DNA of 54,299 bases from a virus (Duplodnaviria; Caudoviricetes), in the IMG/VR virus record IMGVR_UViG_3300034101_001509, positions 1 to 54,299 of that record. The stretch is one strand, 5' to 3'. Shown one piece after another: positions 1 through 8,759 of this stretch. A program made the translations under genes and the position numbers. Every line of letters starts with the position of its first letter. Position 1 is the first letter of the stretch. A model generated the notes under the pieces. That model saw only the letters and a list, made by a program, of their open reading frames with translations. It did not search any database and was not told the DNA's origin.

Positions 1-309
1 ACCACCAACTTTTAGTTTACCATACCAATAATCCATCACATCTACCCAAGGATGTACATGTTCTAAACAGTGCGAAGAGAAGATGTAATCTAAATTTTCG
101 TAAGGGAAATTAAGAGCATCATAATTTCCTTCTAAAATTGGATCCACAAGATTTGCACCAGGAAATGCCCATTCAGGTTTCATACATCCAACATCTACAC
201 CATTTCCTTTACAAACATGTTTAGCAAATGGTATGGCAAATTGAGCAGCATTTCCTTCACTTTGAAATTTTGGATATTTTTTATTATTGAATATTATTAT
301 TTCAAGCAT
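1..309 (-). CDS. Class I SAM-dependent methyltransferase (Methyltransf_11-like), 3' end truncated by the window edge
   Basis: Not in the ORF track. Hand translation from the ATG at 309 gives MLEIIIFNNKKYPKFQSEGNAAQFAIPFAKHVCKGNGVDVGC...LDYIFSSHCLEH...WYGKLKVGG, with motif I (VDVGC), D-x-I-x-S-x-H-x-LEH and LKxGG. Overlaps the stop of the upstream gene. Confidence 0.8.
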   Translation of the reverse strand, partial: MLEIIIFNNKKYPKFQSEGNAAQFAIPFAKHVCKGNGVDVGCMKPEWAFPGANLVDPILEGNYDALNFPYENLDYIFSSHCLEHVHPWVDVMDYWYGKLKVGG

Positions 310-1048
310 GAATATATTTCCACGGAATGTTAAAAAGTTCTTTAATATCTTTTTCTGTATGTGGACTTCTAGTTACACATAGAAAATTTGTTTTATTTTT
401 GAGATTTAATTTTTCTAAAATATACATTAGTGAAGTATCAACTGTTAATGTAGAATGCATATTTTCAAAAACTTTACACCAATCAAACAAAGTAAATCCT
501 TCCACAAATCTCATTTCACAAATATCCATTGATGGAAAATTATTTGCTAGATGTGTTATATTTTTCTTTATATTATGAGGTTGTGTTACATAATTTTGAT
601 TAAGAAACAAATAATCTTGATTATCTTTAAGTCCTAAAACATCATAAAATAATTCATTTTCTTTTTTAAGATTTCTATTAAACTCTAATTCTTTTTTCCA
701 AATTTTCCAATCTAAATTACAAATTCTATATTTAGATTGCATTATTTCAGACTTAATGGGTTGAATCATATGACTAGAATAACCAAGAGGAATAAAACAA
801 TCTTGATTTTCTGTGAATAATATTTTCTTTTTCTCATAAGATGAAAGAAAAAAGTCTTTAAGTGGAAAATCTTGAGTATTGTCATAGAACTCAATATTTT
901 TATCCAGATACTCGGAAACGTGTAATATGCTTGGGGATATTGGCCAAACTACTCTATAATCATTTCTAAGAAATATTTTTGCTATTCCTTGACAAAAAAT
1001 TATATCACCAATTCCTGCTTCTTGTTGTAAAATACAAATTTTCTTCAT
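302..1048 (-). CDS. Putative GT-B fold glycosyltransferase (GT9/heptosyltransferase-like)
   Basis: N-terminal AGIGDIIF and late LTVDTSLMYI resemble the GT9 motifs GxGD and DSG/DTS. Start moved to the ATG at 1048 (ATGA overlap with the upstream stop). Confidence 0.6.
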   Translation of the reverse strand: MKKICILQQEAGIGDIIFCQGIAKIFLRNDYRVVWPISPSILHVSEYLDKNIEFYDNTQDFPLKDFFLSSYEKKKILFTENQDCFIPLGYSSHMIQPIKSEIMQSKYRICNLDWKIWKKELEFNRNLKKENELFYDVLGLKDNQDYLFLNQNYVTQPHNIKKNITHLANNFPSMDICEMRFVEGFTLFDWCKVFENMHSTLTVDTSLMYILEKLNLKNKTNFLCVTRSPHTEKDIKELFNIPWKYIHA

Positions 1049-2559
1049 TGTGTTAATGTTTCTTGTGGCGACCACAGATAATGGTACATGATTTCATCGA
1101 AATTATACTCACTTTGTACTAAACCAGATTCCAACAAACGATCACAATAATCCGCATCTTCCGCATAATTTTTATCAGGGAATCCAATTGCTTTTGCAAT
1201 TTCAGTTCTTACTGGATTTAAATGATTTAGTGGGCGATATTGCTTTCCATCTTTCTTGAAGTGTCCATTATTTATGTTTGCATGATTGAACAACATTGTA
1301 GGTTTTTCTGAAACATAATACATACCCCAAAACCCAATTCCATCATATATTTCTTTATCTAATTTATTAAAAATTTTAGGAATATAATTTGGCGAAACCA
1401 AATCGTCGTCGTCAATAAAACATACATATTCGCCATTTGCTTTGTCTAAAACTTCATTCCTTTTATCACCAACAGTTCTAGTTCCATCATCATTAACAAT
1501 AATTACTTCAATTCTATTTGCAATACTAATTAGAGTCTGATCGTTTAAATTTTTAATTAATCTCAATAACTTATCTTTTCTTTGAGGAACTGTCAATATT
1601 CCTATTGTCCAAAGAATATTAGTCTTAGATATTTTATTATCTCTATACTTTATTATTTCTTCTTTTATTCTTTGAAATAAATCTCTACCATATTCTTTTG
1701 CTTTTTCATAATTAGCATCAATATATGGTTTCATTTCATTATAAGTTTTTTCATTTATAGAATTTATCTTTATTAAAAATTCTTCATATGTTTCAAACAT
1801 TATAATTCCACGATCATCGAAAAAATCACCGATATTAGGACAACCCCAATAAATAGGAACTGTTTTTGTTAACAAACAATCAATTAATTTTTCTGTAAAA
1901 TAGTTCTTTTCGTAACTACTTTCTACAGCAATACTAAACATAGAATTAAACAAATTGATTTTATCATCATTTGGTATCAATCCATCATGTAATGTATTTG
2001 AAAAATTAAAATTATTTGTTGGATATCTTGTGCTAGAATAAAATTTAGTATGTAATTCAATTTTATTTCTTTGATTCCAAATCATACATCTTAAATTATA
2101 TCCTGGTTTTCCTAGATGTGATGTTGTTAAAAAAGATACGTTATATTCTTTATTAAGAATTGGTATTTGTGATTCATCAAATACACCTAAAGAATCTAAA
2201 TGATTTTCTTTCTTTTTATTTAACCAAGTTCCACCATATGGAAAAAATACAGCATTATCACAATTATTGATTATTTCTTCTTCAGAGGTTAATATTAAAT
2301 CATATTGATTAGAATTTGTAATAATATTAACATTTGTTTCTCTATTAGTAGAAGTGGAAGGTTCGTTAGAACAAACAAAAACTTTAAATGAACTATTATT
2401 AGTAAAATTAATAGTTTCATAAACTGGTTCTAATTTATTGTATTTGTTATGTAACGCTATATCGATTTTTCCAAATCGTGTGAAATGTATTTCACATGGA
2501 AAATCTAAATCAATTGGATCAAAACCAAAATAATCAGCATTATAAATTGTAGCATTCAT
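1045..2559 (-). CDS. Bifunctional glycosyltransferase: N-terminal GT10 (fucosyltransferase-like) plus C-terminal GT2
   Basis: GT10 motif FSIAVESSYEKNYFTEKLIDCLLTKTVPIYWG. GT2 motifs EVIIVNDDG, RNEVLDKANGEYVCFIDDDD and AEDADY. Confidence 0.8.
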   Translation of the reverse strand: MNATIYNADYFGFDPIDLDFPCEIHFTRFGKIDIALHNKYNKLEPVYETINFTNNSSFKVFVCSNEPSTSTNRETNVNIITNSNQYDLILTSEEEIINNCDNAVFFPYGGTWLNKKKENHLDSLGVFDESQIPILNKEYNVSFLTTSHLGKPGYNLRCMIWNQRNKIELHTKFYSSTRYPTNNFNFSNTLHDGLIPNDDKINLFNSMFSIAVESSYEKNYFTEKLIDCLLTKTVPIYWGCPNIGDFFDDRGIIMFETYEEFLIKINSINEKTYNEMKPYIDANYEKAKEYGRDLFQRIKEEIIKYRDNKISKTNILWTIGILTVPQRKDKLLRLIKNLNDQTLISIANRIEVIIVNDDGTRTVGDKRNEVLDKANGEYVCFIDDDDLVSPNYIPKIFNKLDKEIYDGIGFWGMYYVSEKPTMLFNHANINNGHFKKDGKQYRPLNHLNPVRTEIAKAIGFPDKNYAEDADYCDRLLESGLVQSEYNFDEIMYHYLWSPQETLTQ

Positions 2560-3221
2560 TTTCTATTTCCCACCAAATTAAATTGTACAGTAGCTTCGTG
2601 TAGTCCCATTTCTCTTAGACTTTTTTCTTTAGATTCACCGTCAGCAATACCCATAGTTATCATTGGTTTTATTCCTTCTGGAATTGGATGAGTTGGCCAA
2701 ATAGCATATGCTTTATTCAACATTCCCATTTTAAGTCTAGAAATAAAATTTGGCAAAACATTAAACATCAATATTTCATGGTCAAATACTTTTCTATCTG
2801 AAGTTTTGATATTTTCTTCACATTGTTCTATCCAATAGTTTAAAAACTCTATAACAATTGGTTTGTATGTTACATAAATTGGAGATGCTTTTGGCAAAGC
2901 AGGATTTACATTTGGAGGAAATCCTTCATAGGCAAATGCCATATCACATTTGTCTTCTAAATCATCAAAGACTTTAAGTTCACCATGTATCAGAGAATCT
3001 ACATCCAACCATATGAATGGTTTCTTTTTCTCCTCAAGAACATCAAGAATAAATTTTGGTTTTGATAAACAATTTAAACGATATTCACCCTTGGAAGGCA
3101 ACTCACGAATATCATGTGGAATATTGTTTTCATTACAATTGATACGTAAGCGTCTTGAATGATCGCTATAATATGTGCGATTGTCTATATCGCAATAGAA
3201 TGAGACTACTTCAGTTTTCAT
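2556..3221 (-). CDS. GT-A nucleotide-diphospho-sugar transferase (GT77/GT34-like)
   Basis: KPKFIL...FIWLDVDS (DxD), FLNYW and FDHEIL resemble the Nucleotid_trans family. Overlaps both neighbouring genes. Confidence 0.65.
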   Translation of the reverse strand: MKTEVVSFYCDIDNRTYYSDHSRRLRINCNENNIPHDIRELPSKGEYRLNCLSKPKFILDVLEEKKKPFIWLDVDSLIHGELKVFDDLEDKCDMAFAYEGFPPNVNPALPKASPIYVTYKPIVIEFLNYWIEQCEENIKTSDRKVFDHEILMFNVLPNFISRLKMGMLNKAYAIWPTHPIPEGIKPMITMGIADGESKEKSLREMGLHEATVQFNLVGNRK

Positions 3222-4044
3222 TGATTAATTCAAATAATTGATCATCAGCAGATTTTAGATCTTTAACACGATTAAAGTTATCTTCTACTGCTTTTATTTT
3301 ACTATGGTATAGATCAGGAGTCAATTGTTTCATATCAAATCCAGGATATAACTCTAAAATACCTTCTGGATTAAAAATTTCATTTATTGTTGGAGTACCC
3401 CAATATATTGGTATAGTTCCAGTAGCAAAGCAATCTGTAATTTTTTCAGTATAGTAAGTTGGATATTTATCATTTTCAATGACTATTTGAAACATGTAAT
3501 CATTCAATGCTTCTGATTTATCCCACGTAGTTTTACCAATACGTTTAGATCCAAGAGCACCACCATATAAATCAATAGTGCCTCTAAGTTGCTCTGCTAC
3601 TGTATGTCTCAGAGCATGACCAAACGAATATCGTTTTGGTGAAGCAACCATTGATACTAATTTTGTTTTATTAAAAACTGATTGTTCTTTTGCCCATGGA
3701 AGATTACTTCCTGCTGGACAGTATCTTACATTTGGATGCTTACCTACCCAATCCATCTCTGACGTAAATACCAAATCATAAGAATTGCATATCTTATCAA
3801 ATTCTTTTTCCCATATATCTCTGGGAAAACTCATAAAATGAAAAATAGCACGGGATTCGCATACCCATGCTATTTTACGTTCTCCTGGTTTTTTCTGATA
3901 TGTCATTCCCACAGGAATGGCAGAGTCAATGAATACTTTTACTGGAAAATCTTCAGTAGTCCAATCAAAATTTTTAGGTTTAAGATCAGAACACGATGAA
4001 TGTTCGATAAGAAAGGGAGCACCGATAGCTTGCATTTTCTTCAT
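3211..4044 (-). CDS. GT10-like (alpha-1,3-fucosyltransferase-like) glycosyltransferase
   Basis: YMFQIVIENDKYPTYYTEKITDCFATGTIPIYWG motif. GGAG RBS and late promoter upstream. Confidence 0.8.
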   Translation of the reverse strand: MKKMQAIGAPFLIEHSSCSDLKPKNFDWTTEDFPVKVFIDSAIPVGMTYQKKPGERKIAWVCESRAIFHFMSFPRDIWEKEFDKICNSYDLVFTSEMDWVGKHPNVRYCPAGSNLPWAKEQSVFNKTKLVSMVASPKRYSFGHALRHTVAEQLRGTIDLYGGALGSKRIGKTTWDKSEALNDYMFQIVIENDKYPTYYTEKITDCFATGTIPIYWGTPTINEIFNPEGILELYPGFDMKQLTPDLYHSKIKAVEDNFNRVKDLKSADDQLFELINEN

Positions 4045-4061
4045 AATATAAACTCCACATG

Positions 4062-4069
4062 TATTTATA
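4062..4069 (-). promoter_or_regulatory. T4-type late promoter TATAAATA upstream of the glycosyltransferase cluster
   Basis: Exact consensus in the short regA-GT intergenic gap, followed by GGAG and ATG. Confidence 0.8.
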
Positions 4070-4468
4070 TTACTTTCCTATATGGTACTTAGGAATTAGA
4101 GTCCATTCTTTCTTTTCTTTATGTGGAATTATCTTAAGACGTGCTAGAGAAAGTTGTGGTTGAGCATACTTAATAGGATCTACCACATCAATCAATCCCC
4201 ACTCAACTAATAATTTGACGATGGTATTTCTTCTTCCCAAGTCGTCTTCAGACATATCTGAATCCAAACCATCAAGAACAAACATTTCCTTAAAATGCAT
4301 AATAGCATATCTACCTCTTTTGTGTAGTATGTGACACGATTGATATAACTTTTTATCATTCTTAGAAGAGACTCCAATACGAGTTAGAGTTTCTTTGACT
4401 TTCAAAAAGTCTTCTTCGTTTTTTAACTTTACTTCTACTCCCAATCCCTCAAAAATATCTTCTGTCAT
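4070..4468 (-). CDS. regA: Translational repressor RegA
   Basis: FLKVKETLTRIGVSS...LYQSCHILHKRGRYAIMHFKEMF...RRNTIVKLL; follows gp62. Confidence 0.97.
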   Translation of the reverse strand: MTEDIFEGLGVEVKLKNEEDFLKVKETLTRIGVSSKNDKKLYQSCHILHKRGRYAIMHFKEMFVLDGLDSDMSEDDLGRRNTIVKLLVEWGLIDVVDPIKYAQPQLSLARLKIIPHKEKKEWTLIPKYHIGK

Positions 4469-4501
4469 AATAAACTCCCATATTGACAGAAAATATTTAT
4501 A
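4453..4501 (-). promoter_or_regulatory. Hairpin covering the regA start, with late promoter TATAAATA (4494-4501) overlapping its 5' arm
   Basis: mRNA reads AAATATTTTCTGTCA-ATATGGGAGTTTATTA-TGACAGAAGATATTT: a 15-bp stem with one G-U pair (arms 4484-4498 and 4453-4467). Confidence 0.75.
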
Positions 4502-4504
4502 TTT

Positions 4505-4876
4505 TTACCGTTTTTGACCACCTTTTTGTATAAATTGTTTAAGATCTTCGACGGAAACTAGATCTAAAACTTCCCTTGCTCTTTGATCTGAATATCCATA
4601 TACTTCTTTAATTACCTCTATATCTTTATTTTCTTCGGGTTTTATCCATTTAGAAAACCTCTTTTTCTTTGAAATCGATGAGAGAAGGTAATCATACTGC
4701 ATTTTCTTGTCCAAACTAGAAACCTGATTCATGCGATTGGCATAAAATATGGTATCTGGAAAATAAGAAAAACACTTATTAATTACGAAAGGAACATATT
4801 CTTTTTCAATCCTTGGGTCGGATGTGAAAAGATTTTCCTTTGTTTGATTTATTGAATTTAGTATATCGGATAACAT
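4505..4876 (-). CDS. 62: Clamp loader small subunit gp62
   Basis: YVPFVINKCFSYFPDTIFYANRMN...MQYDYL...KKRFSKW; synteny 45-44-62-regA. Confidence 0.93.
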   Translation of the reverse strand: MLSDILNSINQTKENLFTSDPRIEKEYVPFVINKCFSYFPDTIFYANRMNQVSSLDKKMQYDYLLSSISKKKRFSKWIKPEENKDIEVIKEVYGYSDQRAREVLDLVSVEDLKQFIQKGGQKR

Positions 4877-4877
4877 A

Positions 4878-5822
4878 TTATTTAAAAGCACATGACATCA
4901 TGAGTTGAACAAGACAAGCAACCATATTGATCTCCTGATCCGCAACAAACGCGCTACGATATTGTGCCTCCGCTAGAATCAAGATTGCTTCCGGAATGCT
5001 TTGGTTCTCAAGAACCTCTCCCAGAGCATCGTAGATTTTTCTATAAACCTCCTGTGGAGAAGTTTCGGCATTCAATGCTGCCCATCTACGAACCCCAGCA
5101 AAGTCTTTATTGCGAAGAGATGTGACAAGATTCTTGATTTCAGAATCGGTCACAGAAGTCAATATACCCACATCAATCGTCCCAGAAACACTATATCTCT
5201 GAAGTTCATTCAGAATACGACGCATGTCTGGGAAGTGCTTAGTGATCAACTGACCAAGAACCTTCTTGTCAAACTTAATACCTTCCGAATTAAGAATGAA
5301 CATACATCGCTCCATCATCTTGGCAGCGATCTGAGGTTTTTCTGAGGTTGGAAGAACAAAATCAATACATGTACATCTAGAGTGAATTGGTTCAATGATT
5401 CGTGACTTATAATTACAAGTCAGAATAAATCGACAGTTATTGGCAAATTCTTCAATAGCACCTCGGAGAGCGGGTTGAATGCTATTCGCATTCGAGTAGT
5501 CAAACTCATCTAGAATTACTACCTTCTTAACATCCCCACTCAAAGATACTGTACTGGCAAACTGGCGAATCTTAGTTCTGAGTGTATCAATATTTCCTTC
5601 TTCAGAGCAATTGACAATTATCCAATTTGATCCCATCTCATTACAGAGTGCCTTGGCAACAGTTGTTTTGCCAACACCCGCACTCCCAGAGAACAGTAAA
5701 TTTTGTGGTTCTCCTTTAGCAACCATGTCGCTAAAGGTTGACTTTAGCGACATGGGAAGAACACATTCTTCAATAGTTTTTGGTCGATACTTTTCGACCC
5801 ATAGAAAGTTTTCAGGTTTCAT
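4878..5822 (-). CDS. 44: Clamp loader AAA+ subunit gp44
   Basis: LWVEKYRP, Walker A GSAGVGKTT, Walker B ILDEFD, SRC motif. Start taken as the ATG at 5822. Confidence 0.97.
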   Translation of the reverse strand: MKPENFLWVEKYRPKTIEECVLPMSLKSTFSDMVAKGEPQNLLFSGSAGVGKTTVAKALCNEMGSNWIIVNCSEEGNIDTLRTKIRQFASTVSLSGDVKKVVILDEFDYSNANSIQPALRGAIEEFANNCRFILTCNYKSRIIEPIHSRCTCIDFVLPTSEKPQIAAKMMERCMFILNSEGIKFDKKVLGQLITKHFPDMRRILNELQRYSVSGTIDVGILTSVTDSEIKNLVTSLRNKDFAGVRRWAALNAETSPQEVYRKIYDALGEVLENQSIPEAILILAEAQYRSAFVADQEINMVACLVQLMMSCAFK

Positions 5823-5823
5823 A

Positions 5824-6504
5824 TTATGAATCATACTTTGATGTATTTGCTTCCATAGCAAACCAATACTTGAGAGAAATATTCTTGTTTACAAATTCAC
5901 CAACAATATTTTTACCAAAATTTACTTGATAATCTCCAGGAAGAATTTTAAGATTATCTAGTTTAAAATTAAAAATAAAATTAGGTCCATTCCAATTTTT
6001 ATGTACTATAACTTTCCACTTATTCGTAGTTGGATCACTAGTATTAGATACCGTTGCCACAATATTATTTTCAATTACCACAAATGAAAGATCTGGAAGT
6101 TGTAATATAGATGCTGCTCTGTGAAGTTCAGTAAACTGTTTCTCTGTAAGATCTATAGTAACATCAATTGCTGGCATTATTACATTTTTTGTTGGAAACT
6201 TTAACATTCTAGGTTCAGAATAAAAATATTCTCCCTCAGAATCTCCAGATTTTATCATTACTTTCTTTTCTCCAAAACTATAAGTTGGAGAATTAGATAT
6301 CGTTCCGGCAGCAAGAAATGAATTTAAATCAAATATACCAAATTCAGTATCAAATGTTTCTTCAACAATTGCTACTGCCATAGCATTTTCAGATGGTGTA
6401 ATTGTCTTAATTACGTTACCTGGTTTTACCAGTAAGTTTGAATTCAGACTTGAAAAGTTTTTAAGAATTGATAATGTATTTTTCGAAAAAGTCACAGTTT
6501 TCAT
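5824..6504 (-). CDS. 45: Sliding clamp gp45
   Basis: TLSILKNFSSLNSNL...FGIFDLNSFL...NLKILPGDY...YWFAME. Confidence 0.95.
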   Translation of the reverse strand: MKTVTFSKNTLSILKNFSSLNSNLLVKPGNVIKTITPSENAMAVAIVEETFDTEFGIFDLNSFLAAGTISNSPTYSFGEKKVMIKSGDSEGEYFYSEPRMLKFPTKNVIMPAIDVTIDLTEKQFTELHRAASILQLPDLSFVVIENNIVATVSNTSDPTTNKWKVIVHKNWNGPNFIFNFKLDNLKILPGDYQVNFGKNIVGEFVNKNISLKYWFAMEANTSKYDS

Positions 6505-6507
6505 AAT

Positions 6508-6684
6508 TTATCTCATAAAGTTGTCTTCGTAATCATCGTCTTCAAAACCGCTCTCAACATAATTTTTAAGTTTTTGTTTTGACCTATTTTTCTCAGAATC
6601 TTTTTCTTTTCTATTTACAGACTTAAGTTGTTTAGGTTTAAACTTATCTTTAAAATTATCCTTTTTGTTTTCTTCACGACTCAT
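6508..6684 (-). CDS. Small hypothetical protein (58 aa, basic N-part, acidic C-part)
   Basis: Not in the ORF track. MSREENKKDNFKDKFKPKQLKSVNRKEKDSEKNRSKQKLKNYVESGFEDDDYEDNFMR; fills the gap directly upstream of gene 45. Confidence 0.7.
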   Translation of the reverse strand: MSREENKKDNFKDKFKPKQLKSVNRKEKDSEKNRSKQKLKNYVESGFEDDDYEDNFMR

Positions 6685-6692
6685 ATCAAAAT

Positions 6693-6721
6693 ATTATACT
6701 CCTTTTTATTTTACAATTCAA
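6693..6721 (-). promoter_or_regulatory. Sigma70-type promoter TTGAAT-N17-TATAAT upstream of the small ORF and genes 45-44-62
   Basis: -35 at 6716-6721 and -10 at 6693-6698. The ATG lies only 8 nt after the -10. Confidence 0.65.
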
Positions 6722-7031
6722 CCCAAAACTGATTTGTTTCTTCTTTTACAAAAGTAAATAAAATACCAGTTGAAGGTTTATACCAACGATCTCCCTTATT
6801 TGTATTTATTGGGACTGTTTCTGAAATATAAAAAGATTGATCGTTTCCCAATAATTTCCAAACAAGATCACCATCCTTAGTATCAGGGACTTTGTTTGTT
6901 GTTGGTTTAACAGCAACATAATTTGCTCCATTCCAATCAACAACATCTCCTATTTTATACAAATAAGGATTTCCGTCAACATCATATTGACGATATTTGC
7001 CACGAAAATTTGCTTTATCTGTAACGTTCAT
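6711..7031 (-). CDS. Hypothetical protein with a CBM5/12 (chitin-binding type 3)-like motif
   Basis: YKIGDVVDWNGANYVA...P.....W pattern. C-terminal GDRWY...LFTF...WVEL resembles phage fibre-associated repeats. Confidence 0.55.
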   Translation of the reverse strand: MNVTDKANFRGKYRQYDVDGNPYLYKIGDVVDWNGANYVAVKPTTNKVPDTKDGDLVWKLLGNDQSFYISETVPINTNKGDRWYKPSTGILFTFVKEETNQFWVEL

Positions 7032-8759
7032 TTAGATATTTATCATTTTACTAAAATTATTCTTCTTTTCAAAAGAAACAACAGTAGAAAACTTATCAAC
7101 TAGTTGATCTGCCTTATGACTTATAACATAAACATTTGCTTTATCACTTATGACTTTTAATAATTTCATAAGTTCATCCATGCCGACAGAATCAAGAGAA
7201 GAATCAAAAACTTCATCTAGAATAAGAAGATTACAATTTATACTATTCTTTAATCTGGCAATCTCTCTCCATGCTAATAGAAGTGCCAGATCAATACGCA
7301 TCTTTTCACCTTCGCTAAAATTCATATAACTAAAATCATCTCTATGCCTAGACTTTATTTGTTCATTAAATTCTTCGTCTAAATTAAACTGTACAAAGAA
7401 ATCCATAGAAGATAAAAACTTATTAATAAATTTATTCATATGTGGAAGATAATATTTGATAATTTTGGTCTTAACTCCACCATCGCGGAGAAGATCATTC
7501 GCAAATTCATGATACATTAAATCTTCAGAATGTTCTTTTCTTTCGCTTTCTAATATTTCTAATCCACCCTGTAATGAAATAAGTTTATTTTTTTCTACTT
7601 CTATATCACCAACCAATGATGATTTATTCATAGAAGATTCTATCCGTTTAATTTCTTTTTCGTGCGCTTGTATTTCACTTTCAATTCGATTTCTTTCTAT
7701 TAATAACCTTCTCGTTTCAGTCAATGCTTTTTCAAGTTGTTCAATAAAATTTTCTTTATCTTGAATTGTTTCTTTTCCCTGAAAAATAGATTCATCTATG
7801 TTTGAAATTTCAAGATTTGTAGAAAGAATTTTTTGTTTTTTTATCTTTTCATCTAACTGCTGAGAACATACAGGGCAGTTTTGATTTTCCTTAAAGAATA
7901 TAATTTCTTTTTCTTTTTGTTTCTTTTGCGATTCGATAGAGGCGAGTTTCTTTTCTATTTCTTTAACTTTATCTCTTTGATCTTTCAATCTACTTATTGA
8001 ATTATCAATATCATCTTGAGAGTATATGGTCAAACCAGAAGCATATAGATTACTTTTTAAATCATTACAAATAGATTGAAGTTCATTTATGCGATCTAAC
8101 TTATCCTGATTATCTTCGTTATTTTTCTTCTCAAGCGTTGAAATAAAACTTATTTGAGTATTGATTTTATTCTTTTCAATTTCTATTTTAGTATTAAATT
8201 CTTTTATATTTTCTCTAAGAGAAAGAATTTTTCCTTTTAATACAGCATTCATAGTACTAAAAATATTAATATCAAGAATATTTTCAATAACAGATCTGCG
8301 ATCAGCGGCAGATAACTGCATAAATGGAATGAAAGATGAACTACCAAGAATTACAACTTGAGTGAATGTCTTGTAATTCATCTTTAAAATTTGTTGTTCT
8401 AGTACTTCTTGGTAATCTAAACTTTTAGCATCTTGATTTAGCAGATCACCATTTTTATAGATTTCAAATAAACGAGGATTAATTCCTCGTCTAACCATAA
8501 ATTTGTCTTGTCCCTTACTGAATTCTATTTCTACTAAACATGCTTTTTCATTAACAGAATTTACAAGTTGAGGAATGTTAATTTTTCTAAATGGTTTTCC
8601 AAATAAAGCAAATGTAATAGAATCAAGAAAGGCAAAAGACTTTCCACTTCCATTGTTTCCACAAATTAACGTTGTATTATTTTGGTCAAGGATAATTTCT
8701 GTAATATTATTTCCAAATGATCCAAAATTCTTAAATCTTACTTTATGAAATTTAATCAT
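7032..8759 (-). CDS. 46: Recombination endonuclease ATPase subunit gp46 (Rad50/SbcC-like)
   Basis: GNNGSGKS, zinc hook CPVC, FSEGEK signature, LILDEVFD, coiled coils. Confidence 0.97.
   Translation of the reverse strand: MIKFHKVRFKNFGSFGNNITEIILDQNNTTLICGNNGSGKSFAFLDSITFALFGKPFRKINIPQLVNSVNEKACLVEIEFSKGQDKFMVRRGINPRLFEIYKNGDLLNQDAKSLDYQEVLEQQILKMNYKTFTQVVILGSSSFIPFMQLSAADRRSVIENILDINIFSTMNAVLKGKILSLRENIKEFNTKIEIEKNKINTQISFISTLEKKNNEDNQDKLDRINELQSICNDLKSNLYASGLTIYSQDDIDNSISRLKDQRDKVKEIEKKLASIESQKKQKEKEIIFFKENQNCPVCSQQLDEKIKKQKILSTNLEISNIDESIFQGKETIQDKENFIEQLEKALTETRRLLIERNRIESEIQAHEKEIKRIESSMNKSSLVGDIEVEKNKLISLQGGLEILESERKEHSEDLMYHEFANDLLRDGGVKTKIIKYYLPHMNKFINKFLSSMDFFVQFNLDEEFNEQIKSRHRDDFSYMNFSEGEKMRIDLALLLAWREIARLKNSINCNLLILDEVFDSSLDSVGMDELMKLLKVISDKANVYVISHKADQLVDKFSTVVSFEKKNNFSKMINI

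Noticed and set aside
302-4044. Glycosyltransferases as T4-type DNA (hmC) glucosyltransferases
   Set aside because: The motifs match GT10, GT2, GT9 and GT77-like families, and the cluster follows a late promoter. A DNA target is disfavoured but not excluded.
4483-4510. Plus-strand sigma70 promoter from TTGACA at 4483
   Set aside because: There is no acceptable -10 at 16-18 bp, and the sequence is explained as the hairpin arm.
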